Made by a program: the position numbers and the translations under genes
Notes under the pieces: model-generated
Seen by the model: only the letters and a program-made list of their open reading frames with translations
What the model was told of the DNA's origin: nothing
The model's database searches: none
In this document: piece by piece, positions 34,046 to 54,692 of the stretch
Layout of the letters: each line of letters begins with the position of its first letter
Position numbering within the stretch: the first letter of the stretch is position 1
Assembly (NCBI GenBank): GCA_002269645.1
Contig: NIVC01003676.1
Location: forward strand, 19,410-83,409
DNA: 64,000 nt
Reading direction: 5' to 3'
Source: Macrostomum lignano
Lineage: Eukaryota

Positions 34046-34164
34046 ATCGCTGCCAACAAGCTGTTGCTATAGCTTTGGAAACGAAAATTGCATTCGATTT
34101 AATCAGCATTCGGCATTCAATCAAAGACTGTTGTTCTACTATATATACTTGCTGGGGAAAAGGG

Positions 34165-35125
34165 GATTAATCTGGATAATCCGCTACCTGATGGGATTAA
34201 TTAGAATAATCCGCTACCTGATGGGATTAATTAGAATAATCCGCTACCTGATGGGAATTAATTAGGATAATCCGCTACTTGATGGGAATTAATTAGGATA
34301 ATCCGCTACTTGATGGGAATTAATTAGGATAATCAGCTACCTAATGAGGATTAATTAGGATAATCAGCTACTTGATGGGAATTAATTAGGATAATCAGCT
34401 ACCTAATGAGGATTAATTAGGATAATCCGCTACTTGATGGGGATTAATTAGGATAATCCGCTACTTGATGGGAATTAATTAGGATAATCAGCTACCTAAT
34501 GAGGATTAATTGGGATAATCCGCTACTTGATGGGAATTAATTAGGATAATCCGCTACTTAATGGGAATTAATTAGGATAATCAGCTACCTAATGAGGATT
34601 AATTAGGATAATCAGCTACTTGATGGGAATTAATTAGGATAATCAGCTACCTAATGAGGATTAATTAGGATAATCAGCTACTTGATGGGAATTAATTAGG
34701 ATAATCAGCTACCTAATGGGATTAATTAGAATAATCCGCTACTTGATGGGAAAATTAATTAGGATAATCAGCTACCTAATGAGGATTAATTAGGATAATC
34801 AGCTACTTGATGGGAATTAATTAGGATAATCAGCTACCTAATGGGATTAATTAGAATAATCCGCTACTTGATGGGAATTAATTAGGATAATCAGCTACCT
34901 AATGAGGATTAATTAGGATAATCTGCTACCTGATGGGAATTAATTAGGATAATCAGCTACCTAATGAGGATTAATTAGGATAATCCGCTACTTCATAGGA
35001 ATTAATTAGGATAATCAGCTACCTAATGAGGATTAATTAGGATAATCCGCTACTTGATGGGAATTAATTAGGATAATCAGCTACCTAATGAGGATTAATT
35101 AGGATAATCTGCTACCTGATGGCGT
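34165..35125. repeat. About 28-29-bp minisatellite (AATTAGGATAATCCGCTACTTGATGGGA variants)
   Basis: Direct read. Confidence 0.94.
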
Positions 35126-35639
35126 TTATTTAGGGTAATCTAAAAATAAGTTGTCTCCTTTGACGTTCCATTGCAGTAGTGCGGAGAGATTATCTGTGTA
35201 AGTTCCTCTTGTTTAAATTTTATCAGTTTTCAACACACGTAGGCAACCCCCTAAGTAATTCAAACCAGTATAATTATATATTCATCAAAATTCTATATAT
35301 ATATAACTTAGTGTTTCCCAACTACTAAAGCCGGTTATTTAAGTTTTCAATTTATTTCTTATAGTATAAAACTTGCAATATAAGTTTTCTACTATTTGCT
35401 ACTAATTATTAGTATTGTTTTCTCTTGGTTTTGTACCGCTTACAGCCCATCACACAGCTTTTTGTCTGCTTGATGTTCTTGTCAGTTTTAATTAAATATT
35501 ATTAATATATAATTAATACATGATTTGTTCAGCTTTTTAATTTAGCCAGAGCTTCAATATGCGGTCATATTTGAGTTTCTGGCTTTTGAGCTGACTTAGT
35601 GTTGAAGTTTTTGTCTTGTATGTGTTATTTGCGCTAGAT

Positions 35640-37726
35640 AGAGTGAGATACCAGCCTGTAGAATAGGTGAGATACCAGACTGCAGACTATAGACTTGGTG
35701 ACTATACGATTATAGTGAGTAAGATACCAGCCTGCATAGAGTGGGCGAGATACCAGCCTGCATAGAGTGGGCGAGATACCAGCCTGCATAGAGTGGGCGA
35801 GATACCAGCCTGTATAGTAGGTGAGATACCAGCCTGTAGAGTGGGCGAGATACCAGCCTGTATAGTAGGTGAGATACCAGCCTGTATAGTGGGTGAGATA
35901 CTAGTCTGTATATAGTGTGTGAGATACCAGCCTGCATATAGTGGTTGAGATACCAGCCTGTAGAGAGGGTAAGATACCAGCTTGTATAGTAGGTGAGATA
36001 CCAGCCTGTAGAGTGGGCGAGATACCAGCCTGCATAGAGTGAGTGAAATACGAGCCTGCATAGAGTGAGTGAGATACCAGCCTGTATAGAGTGAGTGAGA
36101 TACCAGCCTGCATAGAGTGAGTGAAATACCAGCCTGCATAGAGTGAGTGAGATACCAGCCTGCATAGAATGAGTGAGATACCAGCCTGTATAGAGTGAGT
36201 GAGATACCAGCCTGCATAGAGTGAGTGAAATACCAGCCTGCATAGAGTGAGTGAGATACCAGCCTGTATAGAGTGAGTGAGATACCAGCCTGTATAGAGT
36301 GAGTGAAATACCAGCCTGCATAGAGTGAGTGAGATACCAGCCTGCATAGAGTGAGTGAGATACCAGCCTGTATAGAGTGAGTGAGATACCAGCCTGCATA
36401 GAGTGAGTGAGATACCAGCCTGTATAGAGTGAGTGAGATACCAGCCTGCATAGAGTGAGTGAGATGCCAGCCTGCATAGAGTGAGTGAAATACCAGCCTG
36501 CATAGAGTGAGTGAGATACCAGCCTGTATAGAGTGAGTGAGATACCAGCCTGCATAGAGTGAGTGAGATACCAGCCTGCATATAGATTGAGTGAGATACC
36601 AGCCTGCATAGATTGAGTGAGATACCAGCCTGCATAGAGTGAGTGAGATACCAGCCTGTATAGAGTGAGTGAGATACCAGCCTGCATAGAGTGAGTGAAA
36701 TACCAGCCTGTATAGAGTGAGTGAGATACCAGCCTGTATAGAGTGAGTGAGATACCAGCCTGTATAGAGTGAGTGAGATACCAGCCTGCATAGAGTGAGT
36801 GAAATACCAGCCTGCATAGAGTGAGTGAGATACCAGCCTGCATAGAGTGAGTGAGATACCAGCCTGTATAGAGTGAGTGAGATACCAGCCTGTATAGAGT
36901 GAGTGAGATACCAGCCTGCATAGAGTGAGTGAGATACCAGCCTGCATAGAGTGAGTGAGATACCAGCCTGCATAGAGTGAGTGAGATACCAGCCTGCATA
37001 GAGTGAGTGAGATACCAGCCTGCATAGAGTGAGTGAGATACCAGCCTGCATAGAGTGAGTGAGATACCAGCCTGCATAGAGTGAGTGAGATACCAGCCTG
37101 TATAGAGTGAGTGAGATACCAGCCTGCATAGAGTGAGTGAGATACCAGCCTGCATAGAGTGAGTGAGATACCAGCCTGTATAGAGTGAGTGAGATACCAG
37201 CCTGTATAGAGTGAGTGAAATACCAGCCTGCATAGAGTGAGTGAGATACCAGCCTGCATAGAGTGAGTGAGATACCAGCCTGCATAGAGTGAGTGAGATA
37301 CCAGCCTGCATAGAGTGAGTGAGATACCAGCCTGCATAGAGTGAGTGAGATACCAGCCTGCATAGAGTGAGTGAGATACCAGCCTGCATAGAGTGAGTGA
37401 GATACCAGCCTGCATAGAGTGAGTGAGATACCAGCCTGCATAGAGTGAGTGAGATACCAGCCTGCATAGAGTGAGTAAGATACCAGCCTGCATAGAGTGA
37501 GTGAGATACCAGCCTGCATAGAGTGAGTGAGATACCAGCCTGCATATAGAGTGAGTGAGATACCAGCCTGCATATAGAGTGAGTGAGATACCAGCCTGCA
37601 TAGAGTGAGTGAGATACCAGCCTGCATAGAGTGAGTGAGATACCAGCCTGCATAGAGTGAGTGAGATACCAGCCTGCATAGAGTGAGTGAGATACCAGCC
37701 TGCATAGAGTGAGTGAGATACCAGCC
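35640..37726. repeat. 26-bp minisatellite (GAGTGAGTGAGATACCAGCCTGCATA), about 80 copies
   Basis: Direct read; it explains the 592-685 aa ORFs on the minus strand. Confidence 0.97.
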
Positions 37727-37766
37727 CGATTAATCCTCTTCCAGCAGTTCTGCATTGAAGCCAGCA

Positions 37767-39555
37767 ATGTCCACCACAGAGGAAGGAGTCAGCGCAGACA
37801 TCCTGGAGTCAGAGATGGCAGCTGCTAAAGCGGCTTCATCTGCCGAAGAAACAGCCGGTGCTGCTAGCTTAGAGGATGAAGCTACGAAAGAATTAGAGGC
37901 TATACCTGTGCAGGTGAGTTTTCTTTGATTGTTTTGAAAAATGAGGTCGTTGCCGTAATAACAACGGCATTCTTTGATGGCTTTGATTTAGGTTTGTGAT
38001 GACAAATTGGAATGTGATGACAAAATAGTGCAGTAGAGAGGCGACTGTTGAGTCACTAGGCGTCACGTGACTTGCATAATCGTTAAATATAGTCGTCCAA
38101 GTGTTGGCGCTTAACTTAATACTAACTCATAGTTGCTTCATAATAAAACAGGGGTCGGCAACCTCCGTCCCGCTGACCACATGCGGCCCGCAAAGCCTCT
38201 CTATCCGGCCCTCGTGTCCTTTATAACTTCACAATAGCAATCCAGTTCGCTCAATGTTTATGCTTCTTCTTAGCTCTCTTCTCTCCTCTCCTCTCCATTC
38301 CTCTCTCCTCTACTCCTATCTCTCCATTACTCCTTTTCTCTCTTCTCATCTCTCCTCCCGCTCCTCTCTCCTCTCTTCTCTCATTCTGTTCTCTTCTTCT
38401 CACCTCTCCTATTTGATCTCTCCTCTCCTATTTGATCTCACCTCTCCTATTTGATCTCACCTCTCCTATTTGATCTCACCTCTCCTATTTGATCTCACCT
38501 CTCCTATTTGATCTCTCCTCTCCTATTTGATCTCATCTCTCCTATCTGATCTCTCCTCTCCTATCTGATCTCTCCTCTCCTATTTGATCTCACCTCTCCT
38601 ATCTGATCTTACCTCTCCTATCTGATCTCACCTCTCCTATCTGATCTCACCTCTCCTATCTGATCTCTCCTCTCCTATCTGATCTCACCTCTCCTATCTG
38701 ATCTCTCCTCTCCTATCTGATCTCACCTCTCCTATTTGATCTCTCCTCTCCTATCTGATCTCACCTCTCCTATTTGATCTCTCTTCTCCTATTTGATCTC
38801 TCCTCTCCTATTTGATCTCACCTCTTCTATTTGATCTCACCTCTCCTATTTGATCTCTCCTCTCCTATTTGATCTCACCTCTCCTATTTGATCTCATCTC
38901 TCCTATTTAATCTCATCTCTCCTATTTGATCTCTCCTCTCCTATTTGATCTCATCTCTCCTATTTGATCTCATCTCTCCTATTTGATCTCTCCTCTCCTA
39001 TTTGATCTCATCTCTCCTATTTGATCTCATCTCTCCTATTTGATCTCTCCTCTCCTATTTGATCTCTCCTCTCCTATTTGATCTCTCCTCTCCTATTTTA
39101 TCTCTCCTCTGCTATTTGATCTCAGCTGGCCTCTGCTTTGAAACCACCAAAATACTGTATTGTAAATATATGCCAGCAAGCACATTTTTCTCTTCTAAAC
39201 GGTCCAGGGTTCGAATCGCGAGTGCACATTTATACTGCGCAACGAGGATCACACGCTCGGCAACGCGCTTCGCTGCACCCTCATGCGCAATCCGCGAGTC
39301 AGCTTCGCTGGATGCAGCGTGCCTCATCCTCTCACTAAAGAGATCCACCTGAGGATTGTTACGGTTAGCGACGATGTTGCACCTGCCGACTGTCTGGCCG
39401 AAGGTCTCCGGGATCTGTACGCCAGCGCCGAGTCGTTGCTGCATCAATTCGATTCCGCTTACGATGAATTTGTTGCTAGCAATGAATCTGCCGCCGGGGA
39501 TGGGGCCGATGTTAAAATCAATATTAAACAGGAATTTATGGGCAGTTTTAACTAA
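37767..39555 (+). CDS. POLR1D: RNA polymerase I/III shared subunit RPAC2 (AC19), about 164 aa; exons 37767-37913 and 39208-39555
   Basis: The phase-0 join gives LEAIPVQ|GSNRECTFILRNEDHTLGNALRCTLMRNPRVSFAGCSVPHPLTKEIHLRIVT; EDHTLGN is the RPB11/AC19 signature. Confidence 0.92.
38149..38215 (+). mobile_element. Left end of a hAT (Charlie-like) non-autonomous element
   Basis: CAGGGGTCGGCAAC terminus followed by GCGGCCCGC/CCGGCCC subterminal words; no right end seen. Confidence 0.55.
38410..39120. repeat. 19-bp minisatellite (TTTGATCTCACCTCTCCTA) in the POLR1D intron
   Basis: Direct read. Confidence 0.95.
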
Positions 39556-40321
39556 TTTATGCAGCGTTATCAGGTATTCTGTCAGTAGTATAGGGGCTTA
39601 CAATAGGGCCCTTGGATTGTCCTTGGACATCTCTCATAGATATCATTTTTTTGTCTGGTTCGAGTTGGCTCTGTAACACTTTGTCTCTGCACTCTCGGCC
39701 ATAGACAATAATAGAGGCCAATCAAGTTGGTAAACAAGTCAATCAAAACTAGTCGCGTCACGATCATGTGAGTTGTAGAATCGTAAAGAGGTTAATTACT
39801 TTCAACAACTCAAGTAAAATCAACCTTAATCTATAATTTCGGACATAATCAACACTACTTAAAGTAATACGAGTGAGTATGCATGCTCACAAGTTAATGG
39901 CCGAGGTTGTACATAAAACGTGCTGTTTTGAAACTGTTTGACAATACAAAATACAAACGAGTTTTGCATTTCTACGCGCTCTCAAGAAAAAGAGGGTCTT
40001 GAAGTTTTTTTATTCGACCAGTTTGTCTTAGTTTAAGTTATATAATATAATATATTATATTACTGCTAAAAACTTGCAGTATCTGTTTGCATAGGCATCA
40101 GTTTATAATCTACTAAGAGTTCAGGTTTTGTATTGACTGTGAATTTACTTTCTGTGAGTGTATAGTATGGAATTTATGGAAAGTATTTGGCAGGCTGTAT
40201 ATTAAACTATTATCTAGCACAGGTGTATTCTGTGACAGATTTTTTCAGCTTATTTGCAGTGCTCATTGAAATGATTGCCTGATTTAAAGCAGTGCTCATT
40301 TTTCCGGTAAGTTTAAAAAAT

Positions 40322-40680
40322 CAGGAATAGAATGGATTGCTAATCTATCTCTGGTCTGTAGGAATAGAATGGATTGCTAATCTATCTCTGGTCTGTGGGA
40401 ATAGAATGGATTGCTAATCTATCTCTGGTCTGTGGGAATAGAATGGATTGCTAATCTATCTCTGGTCTGTGGGAATAGAATGGATTGCTAATCTATCTCT
40501 GGTCTGTGGGAATAGAATGGATTGCTAATCTATCTCTGGTCTGTAGGAATAGAACGGATTGCTAATCTATCTCTGGTCTGTAGGAATAGAATGAATTGCT
40601 AATCTATCTCTGGTCTGTAGGAATAGAATGGATTGCTAATCTATCTCTGGTCTGTAGGAATAGAATGGATTGCTAATCTA
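40322..40680. repeat. 37-bp minisatellite with core GGAATAGAATGGATTGCTAATCTAT
   Basis: Direct read; same 25-bp core as the array at 42070-43020. Confidence 0.94.
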
Positions 40681-40833
40681 CCGCTGTTATTTTATAAATA
40701 GATTAGATTTGCTGATCTATATTTTAATTGAAAAATCTTCAGTACTATTCCACAATTTTGAATTTAAATTCATGCTGCACTTTGACGCGGTCTCCAATAC
40801 ATTTTAAAAGTTATAAGCGCAATCAAACAGAAA

Positions 40834-42008
40834 ATGAGCAGCATGTACACCTGCCATCCTTTTGTTGACTCCGGCAAGAAAATCGCCAGTCTGCCCACCT
40901 GCATGTACACTGCCCCTAATTTGGTGTCAGTTCAATCCGAATCAGCTGAACTCGATGCCAGCACAATTGCTGCAACCGAAATCAATATCTGCTATTTGGA
41001 ACGACTCCGTGGCGACCTGGCAACTTTGATCAGGGTTAGGAACTTCTTATCGGCTGCTACTGCAGGTGTGGCTGAGGTTGAACCTGTGCCTGTTGCGGCT
41101 GTTAAATCGACTGTAATTCAGTCCGTTTCCAGGTAACTAATTCGTTAATTTGGCTGATGTGTTCTGTTATCACGAAGTGCTTAAAAATGAGGGGTTTATT
41201 TAAAATCTAGTTTGCCTGGGTCATGCATTCTGGAAGATATGTTTATTAAGGAGGGTTGACGTGCAGAGATTTCAATATTTTTTACAGTAAGACGCCGCCG
41301 CAGAAGCCGGAACTGTCCAAGCCAGCAGCTGCATCATCAGTTCCAGCATCCCATGCCCCATCTGCAGCGCCAGTCAGTTTGGCATTGCACTGCTCCACCA
41401 GCCGCCCGCCATTGGCTGTACTACTATTAGTAGAGCTGCTCCGGTCTCGTCAAGGTATCTCAATTTACCTGACCAGTCACGGCCGGGTTCTGAACGGTTC
41501 GGCCGCTCGGCCAGCTTCTCCGGCTGTTAATCGTTTAATCCATCGGCTCTCATTGGCTAATCCGCCTAGGCGTATGTCGGCAGACATCTGCTTGGATCTA
41601 ATCTGGTCAACTAGCGATAAAACTTTCAATAACGATTGCTGTCTAATTAATAATGCTTTTTCTGGCCAGCCTCTGCTAGGAGAGTTGCTGGCTCTGCAAT
41701 CTATCAATTTGGTTGTCAAGCAGAAGCTGCCAGTTGATCAGCATCTGCTGGATCTGGCTGACCATCTGCAAACTGGTAGGCGAGTGTCCGAGCAGCTGAT
41801 GGCCGAACTTTTGGCCAAGAATGAGGATTCGAAACAGTCAAGCCTTGGTCAGCTGCTTGCCTGGTCAGTGCTGCAGTGCCACTCATCAGCTGCTACTGCT
41901 AGTAGTAGCACTAACGGCAATTTAGCAGCTGCTTCAAAGAGATTTCTGGCTAAACTAAATTCTGCCGAGCCGTTTTCTAAATTTGTTGCGGATTTAACGG
42001 CTAAGTGA
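40834..42008 (+). CDS. Uncharacterised protein, about 339 aa; exons 40834-41132 and 41288-42008
   Basis: A phase-2 GT-AG intron (CCAG|GTAACT ... TTTACAG|T) joins two ORFs in frame; no family recognised. Confidence 0.6.
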
Positions 42009-42033
42009 CTTGCTATATATGTGGTTTGTGTGC

Positions 42034-42047
42034 GTAACTATGGCAAC
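42034..42047. promoter_or_regulatory. RFX X-box-like motif GTAACTATGGCAAC
   Basis: Matches GTNRCYATRGYAAC. Confidence 0.45.
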
Positions 42048-42069
42048 AGGCCTGTCAGTGACTTTATTG

Positions 42070-43020
42070 TGTTTGGATTGCTAATCTATTTGGTGTCTTG
42101 AGGAATAGAATGGATTGCTAATCTATTTGGTGTCTTAAGGAATAGAATGGATTGCTAATCTATTTGGTGTCTTAAGGAACAGAATGGATTGCTAATCTAT
42201 TTGGTGTCTTAAGGAATAGAATGGATTGCTAATCTATTTGGTGTCTTAAGGAATAGAATGGATTGCTAATCTATTTGGTGTCTTGAGGAATAGAATGGAT
42301 TGCTAATCTATTTGGTGTCTTAAGGAATAGAATGGATTGCTAATCTATTTCGTGTCCTAAGGAATAGAATGGATTGCTAATCCATTTCGTGTCTTAAGGA
42401 ATACTCGTAGAATGGACTGCTAATCTATTTGGTGTCTTAAGAAATAGATAGATTGCTAATCCATTTCGCGTCTTAAGGAATAGAATGGACTGCTAATCTA
42501 TTTCGTGTCCTAAGGAACAGAATGGATTGCTAATCTATTTCGTGTCCTAAGGAACAGAATGGATTGCTAATCTATTTTGTGTCTTAAGGAACAGAATGGA
42601 TTGCTAATCTATTTTGTGTCTTAGGAATAGAATGGATTGCTAATCTACTTCGTGTCTTGAGGAACAGAATGGATTGCTAATCTATTTTGTGTCTTAAGGA
42701 ACAGAATGGATTGCTAATCTATTTCGTGTCCTAAGGAACAGAATGGATTGCTAATCTATTTTGTGTCTTAAGGAACAGAATGGATTGCTAATCTATTTTG
42801 TGTCTTAGGAATAGAATGGATTGCTAATCTATTTCGTGTCCTCAGGAACAGAATGGACTGCTAATCTATTTGGTGTGTCTTAAGGAACAGAATGGATTGC
42901 TAATCTATTTGGTGTGTCTTAAGGAACAGAATGGATTGCTAATCTATTTTGTGTCTTAGGAATAGAATGGATTGCTAATCTATTTCGTGTCCTCAGGAAC
43001 AGAATGGATTGCTAATCTAT
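42070..43020. repeat. 37-bp minisatellite (GGAATAGAATGGATTGCTAATCTATTTGGTGTCTTAA), about 25 copies
   Basis: Direct read. Confidence 0.95.
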
Positions 43021-43489
43021 GCCCTGTTTTAGAAAATGACCAATGAATAGATCAGCCATTAATGGGTCAAGCCATAACTTGAATTATTTATTAATGTTTA
43101 GCAGCTTTAAAAATTGAAAATGAAAAGCAATTTTGTCAACAATTATTTATCTTGCAATCGTCTCTTCTGCATGAAATTTCAGTCGTATATTTTGAAAGTT
43201 GAAAGTTAGTTTAAAAAATTAATTTTTTCTTTTAACTTACATTTAATATAATAGCTGTTTAAAATATGAAATTTAAGTCAACGAATTTGGCATCTATAGA
43301 ACTGTTGCTATATATTTATTTAAACCTTTCGTCTTCCTTATTCAACCCAGTCGAAGACCTAACTGTTCAACTACTATGAGTAGTAAAAATATATAAAAGA
43401 ATTCAATTGCTGTTTTGTGTGCTAGGAACCTTTAAAAAAAACAAAGTACCGGCTTTTTGTTTTTTTATTTGTTGAGGCATTATAACTCG

Positions 43490-43770
43490 CAGGCGCGTTG
43501 CCAACGGGAGGGACAGGGGGGCATGTCCTCCCAGTAAAAGCTATGGGGGGACATGCCACTGCTCTGTCCCCCCTACCCCACCTTGTGACCCGTTGTGGTA
43601 ATCAATAATGTTTCTTCAGGGCGCCCTAATATACTCTTAGCTCCTACGGTGCTAAAATGATTGCCTGCGGCGCTAAAATGATTGCCTGCGGCGCCAAAAT
43701 GAGTGCCTGCGGCGCCAAAATGAGTGCCTGCGGCGCTAAAATGAGTGCCTGCGGCGCCAAAATGTAGGAA
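43490..43770. mobile_element. hAT-like MITE fragment containing a 21-bp tandem repeat (GGCGCCAAAATGAGTGCCTGC, 43655-43765)
   Basis: CAGGCGCGTTGCC start, GGGGGCATGTCC and GGGGGACATGCC subterminal words, and a 21-bp array. The second end was not identified. Confidence 0.35.
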
Positions 43771-44682
43771 TTTAGTCATGTACATGTTGAATTCTTGGCT
43801 TTGTCAATGGATTTAGTTTATGGTTGCAATACCACTGGGAATGTTGTGTGTTCAGGTCTCAGGAGTCAGCAAATGGGCAGAATTGTCTTAGCGCCATGGT
43901 TGTAGGATGATGTCGCCCAAAGGTGCCCACTGCCCTTCTGAGTTTTGCGAATAATTATGCAGGTGGCTGCTTGGTAGCCATCATCACCTTGTTACTTTGT
44001 CAGGCAGTCAAGCTTCCGGCTATTAAAGTACTTAACAGGATCTAACCAGAGTTCATCTCATTCAACAGGCAGTTTCCATTGTATTGTCGCCTCATGTCCT
44101 CCTTACAGCTTGGTCTTCCTTACAAGCAACGGAAACTGACTTTGGCCCGCCTCTGTTAGCTTGAGGGGCTATTTAACTACACGAACAGAAGAAGATGCTG
44201 GCCATTACCTTGAAGCAATTAGCTCTAACTGCTGACTGCACACACTGCATTAATGCTGGGTCCTCATTTTCTTGCCATATGCATGTAGCAGTGTGGCTTC
44301 AAGGTATTGTCCTGCCTACGCTGCGCTTGCAGAGGTGGGAGGGCGAGAGGGACAGGCCCCTCTTTCCCTGTTCAAATATTGATCCTATACACGCTTCTTC
44401 CTTACACAACAATTGCCACACACGCTAAGCCTTGCTGTTGCCAACTAAAGAAAGAAATTTTGTACAACCCACCTGGGCTATAGTCCCGCGTGCATCGCAT
44501 TGTTTTGGGCTGAAAAATATTCTTAAAACTGTATAAAAAGAGGGGTAGAATTACTAGGGCCGGGCCATTGTGAGGTCTGCTCGCTTGTCTTTTGCAAGTC
44601 TTTGGGATTTTGCTTTTTTAAGCTGCAACCATTGGACTCGTTTTTTTAATTTTCTGTAAAGCTCACGTGAAAGCAAATTGAA

Positions 44683-44806
44683 ATGGCAACTCATAGGCAT
44701 CAGAAAGATGCAGTGCAAAATCAGCTCACTGTGCCTGGCAACTCGGCAACTTCTTCTAATCGTTTCCGATTGCCTACAAGTCTTGCGTCACCCAGGCATC
44801 ATACTG
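44683..44806 (+). CDS. Candidate first coding exon (MATHRHQKDAVQNQLTVPG...RHHT); phase-compatible with acceptors at 46561 (100-aa product) or 46948 (N-terminal extension of MYCBPAP)
   Basis: ATG-initiated frame ending at a G|GTGAGC donor just before the 41-bp array; both downstream acceptors are phase 1. Confidence 0.3.
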
Positions 44807-44825
44807 GTGAGCTGGGTGTAGAGAT

Positions 44826-46560
44826 AGGCGCCAGAATTAATTGGTGTCAGATCATTGTGTCAGATATAGGCGCCAGACTTAATTGGTGTCAGATCATTGT
44901 GTCAAATATAGGCGCCAGAATTAATTGGTGTCAGATCATTGTGTCAGATTGGGCGCCAGAATTAATTGTTGTCAGATCATTGTGTCAGATTGGGCGCCAG
45001 AATTAACTGGTGTCAGATCATTGTGTCAGATTGCGCCAGAGTTAATTGGTGTCAGATCATTGTGTCAGATTGGGCGCCAGAATTAACTGGTGTCAGATCA
45101 TTGTGTCAGATTGGGCGCCAGAATTAATTGTTGTCAGATCATTGTGTCAGATTGGGCGCCAGAATTAACTGGTGTCAGATCATTGTGTCAGATTGCGCCA
45201 GAGTTAATTGGTGTCAGATCATTGTGTCAGATTGGGCGCCAGAATTAACTGGTGTCAGATCATTGTGTCAGATTGGGCGCCAAAATTAATTGGTGTCAGA
45301 TCATTGTGTCAGATTGGGCGCCAGAATTAATTGTTGTCAGATCATTGTGTCAGATTGGGCGCCAAAATTAATTGGTGTCAGATCATTGTGTCAGATTGGG
45401 CGCCAGAATTAATTGGTGTCAGATCATTGTGTCAGATTGGGCGCCAGAATTAATTGGTGTCAGACATAAGAATTAATTAGTGTCAGATCATTGTGTCAGA
45501 TATAGGCGCCAGAATTAACTATTGTCAGATCATTGTGTCAGATATAGGCGCCAGAATTAATTGGTGTCAGATCATTGTGTCAAATATAGGCGCCAGAATT
45601 AATTGGTGTCAGATCATTGTGTCAGATTGGGCGCCAGAATTAATTGGTGTCAGATCATTGTGTCAGATTGGGCGCCAGAATTAATTGGTGTCAGATCATT
45701 GTGTCAGATATAGGCGCCAGAATTAATTGGTGTCAGATCATTGTGTCAGATTGGGCGCCAGAATTAATTGGTGTCAGATCATTGTGTCAGATTGGGCGCC
45801 AGAATTAATTGGTGTCAGACATAAGAATTAATTAGTGTCAGATCATTGTGTCAGATTACGCCAGAATTAATTAGTGTCAGATCATTGTGTCAGATATAGG
45901 CGCCAGACTTAATTGGTGTCAGATCATTGTGTCAAATATAGGCGCCAGAATTAATTGGTGTCAGATCATTGTGTCAGATTGGGCGCCAGAATTAATTGGT
46001 GTCAGATCATTGTGTCAGATTGGGCGCCAGAATTAATTGGTGTCAGATCATTGTGTCAGATTGGGCGCCAGAATTAATTGGTGTCAGATCATTGTGTCAG
46101 ATTGGGCGCCAGAATTAATTGGTGTCAGATCATTGTGTCAGATTGGGCGCCAGAATTAATTGTTGTCAGATCATTGTGTCAGATTGGGCGCCAGAATTAA
46201 TTGGTGTCAGATCATTGTGTCAGATTGGGCGCCAGAATTAATTGGTGTCAGACATAAGAATTAATTAGTGTCAGATCATTGTGTCAGATTACGCCAGAAT
46301 TAATTGGTGTCAGATCATTGTGTCAGATATAGGCGCCAGAATTAACTATTGTCAGATCATTGTGTCAGATATAGGCGCCAGAATTAACTATTGTCAGATC
46401 ATTGTGTCAAATATAGGCGCCAGAATTAATTGGTGTCAGATCATTGTGTCAGATTGGGCGCCAGAGTTAATTGGTGTCAGATCATTGTGTCAGATTGCGC
46501 CAGAGTTAATTGGTGTCAGATCATTGTGTCAGATTGGGCGCCAGAATTAATTGGTGTCAG
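44826..46560. repeat. 41-bp minisatellite (GGGCGCCAGAATTAATTGGTGTCAGATCATTGTGTCAGATT), about 42 copies
   Basis: Direct read. Confidence 0.96.
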
Positions 46561-46949
46561 ATTTTCATGACGTTCCTGCAGTAAGGAAGGCAGTTTTGTT
46601 ACATTATTGTGGCAGATTGCTAGTACTGCAATCAAATCGGTCCCACGATGCTCTTGCGGTCATAAATTGCATGGCTTTTGAAGCAACTTCCCTCTCGCCT
46701 CATCCAGAGCTTTTATTCTCCCATTTTATGACCACATAAAATGTGCAGACTTATACTAAAAACTGGCGCAGTAACAATAGAGAAACTTGCACATTTTTAA
46801 TCAGATTATTGATGCAAATTTATTATCCCTGGTCTAAATCGATTGCATATAAGCCGTGGCAACTGTATTTGATTGAATCCAGTTTTAGCTCTTGTACTAT
46901 TCTAACAACAAATTCAACACAAATCACAGCAAATCAGTGCAGTTTAGCA

Positions 46950-54585
<7,636 letters not shown>

Positions 54586-54692
54586 ATATTCGTCTCTGAC
54601 ATTCAACACAGAAGACTTTTGATTGGATGGCTCACTTACGAGCGTATTTTTCCTGAGGAATATTTTCGCGCCTGCATTAAGCTGTAACTTCT

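Noticed and set aside
35702-37767. Three very long minus-strand ORFs (592-685 aa)
   Set aside because: They are translations of a stop-free 26-bp minisatellite, open in all three frames, with no unique domain.
44826-46560. CRISPR-like appearance of the 34-41-bp arrays (also 12246, 40322, 42070, 47190)
   Set aside because: Units are head-to-tail without unique spacers, there are no cas genes, and the context is eukaryotic.
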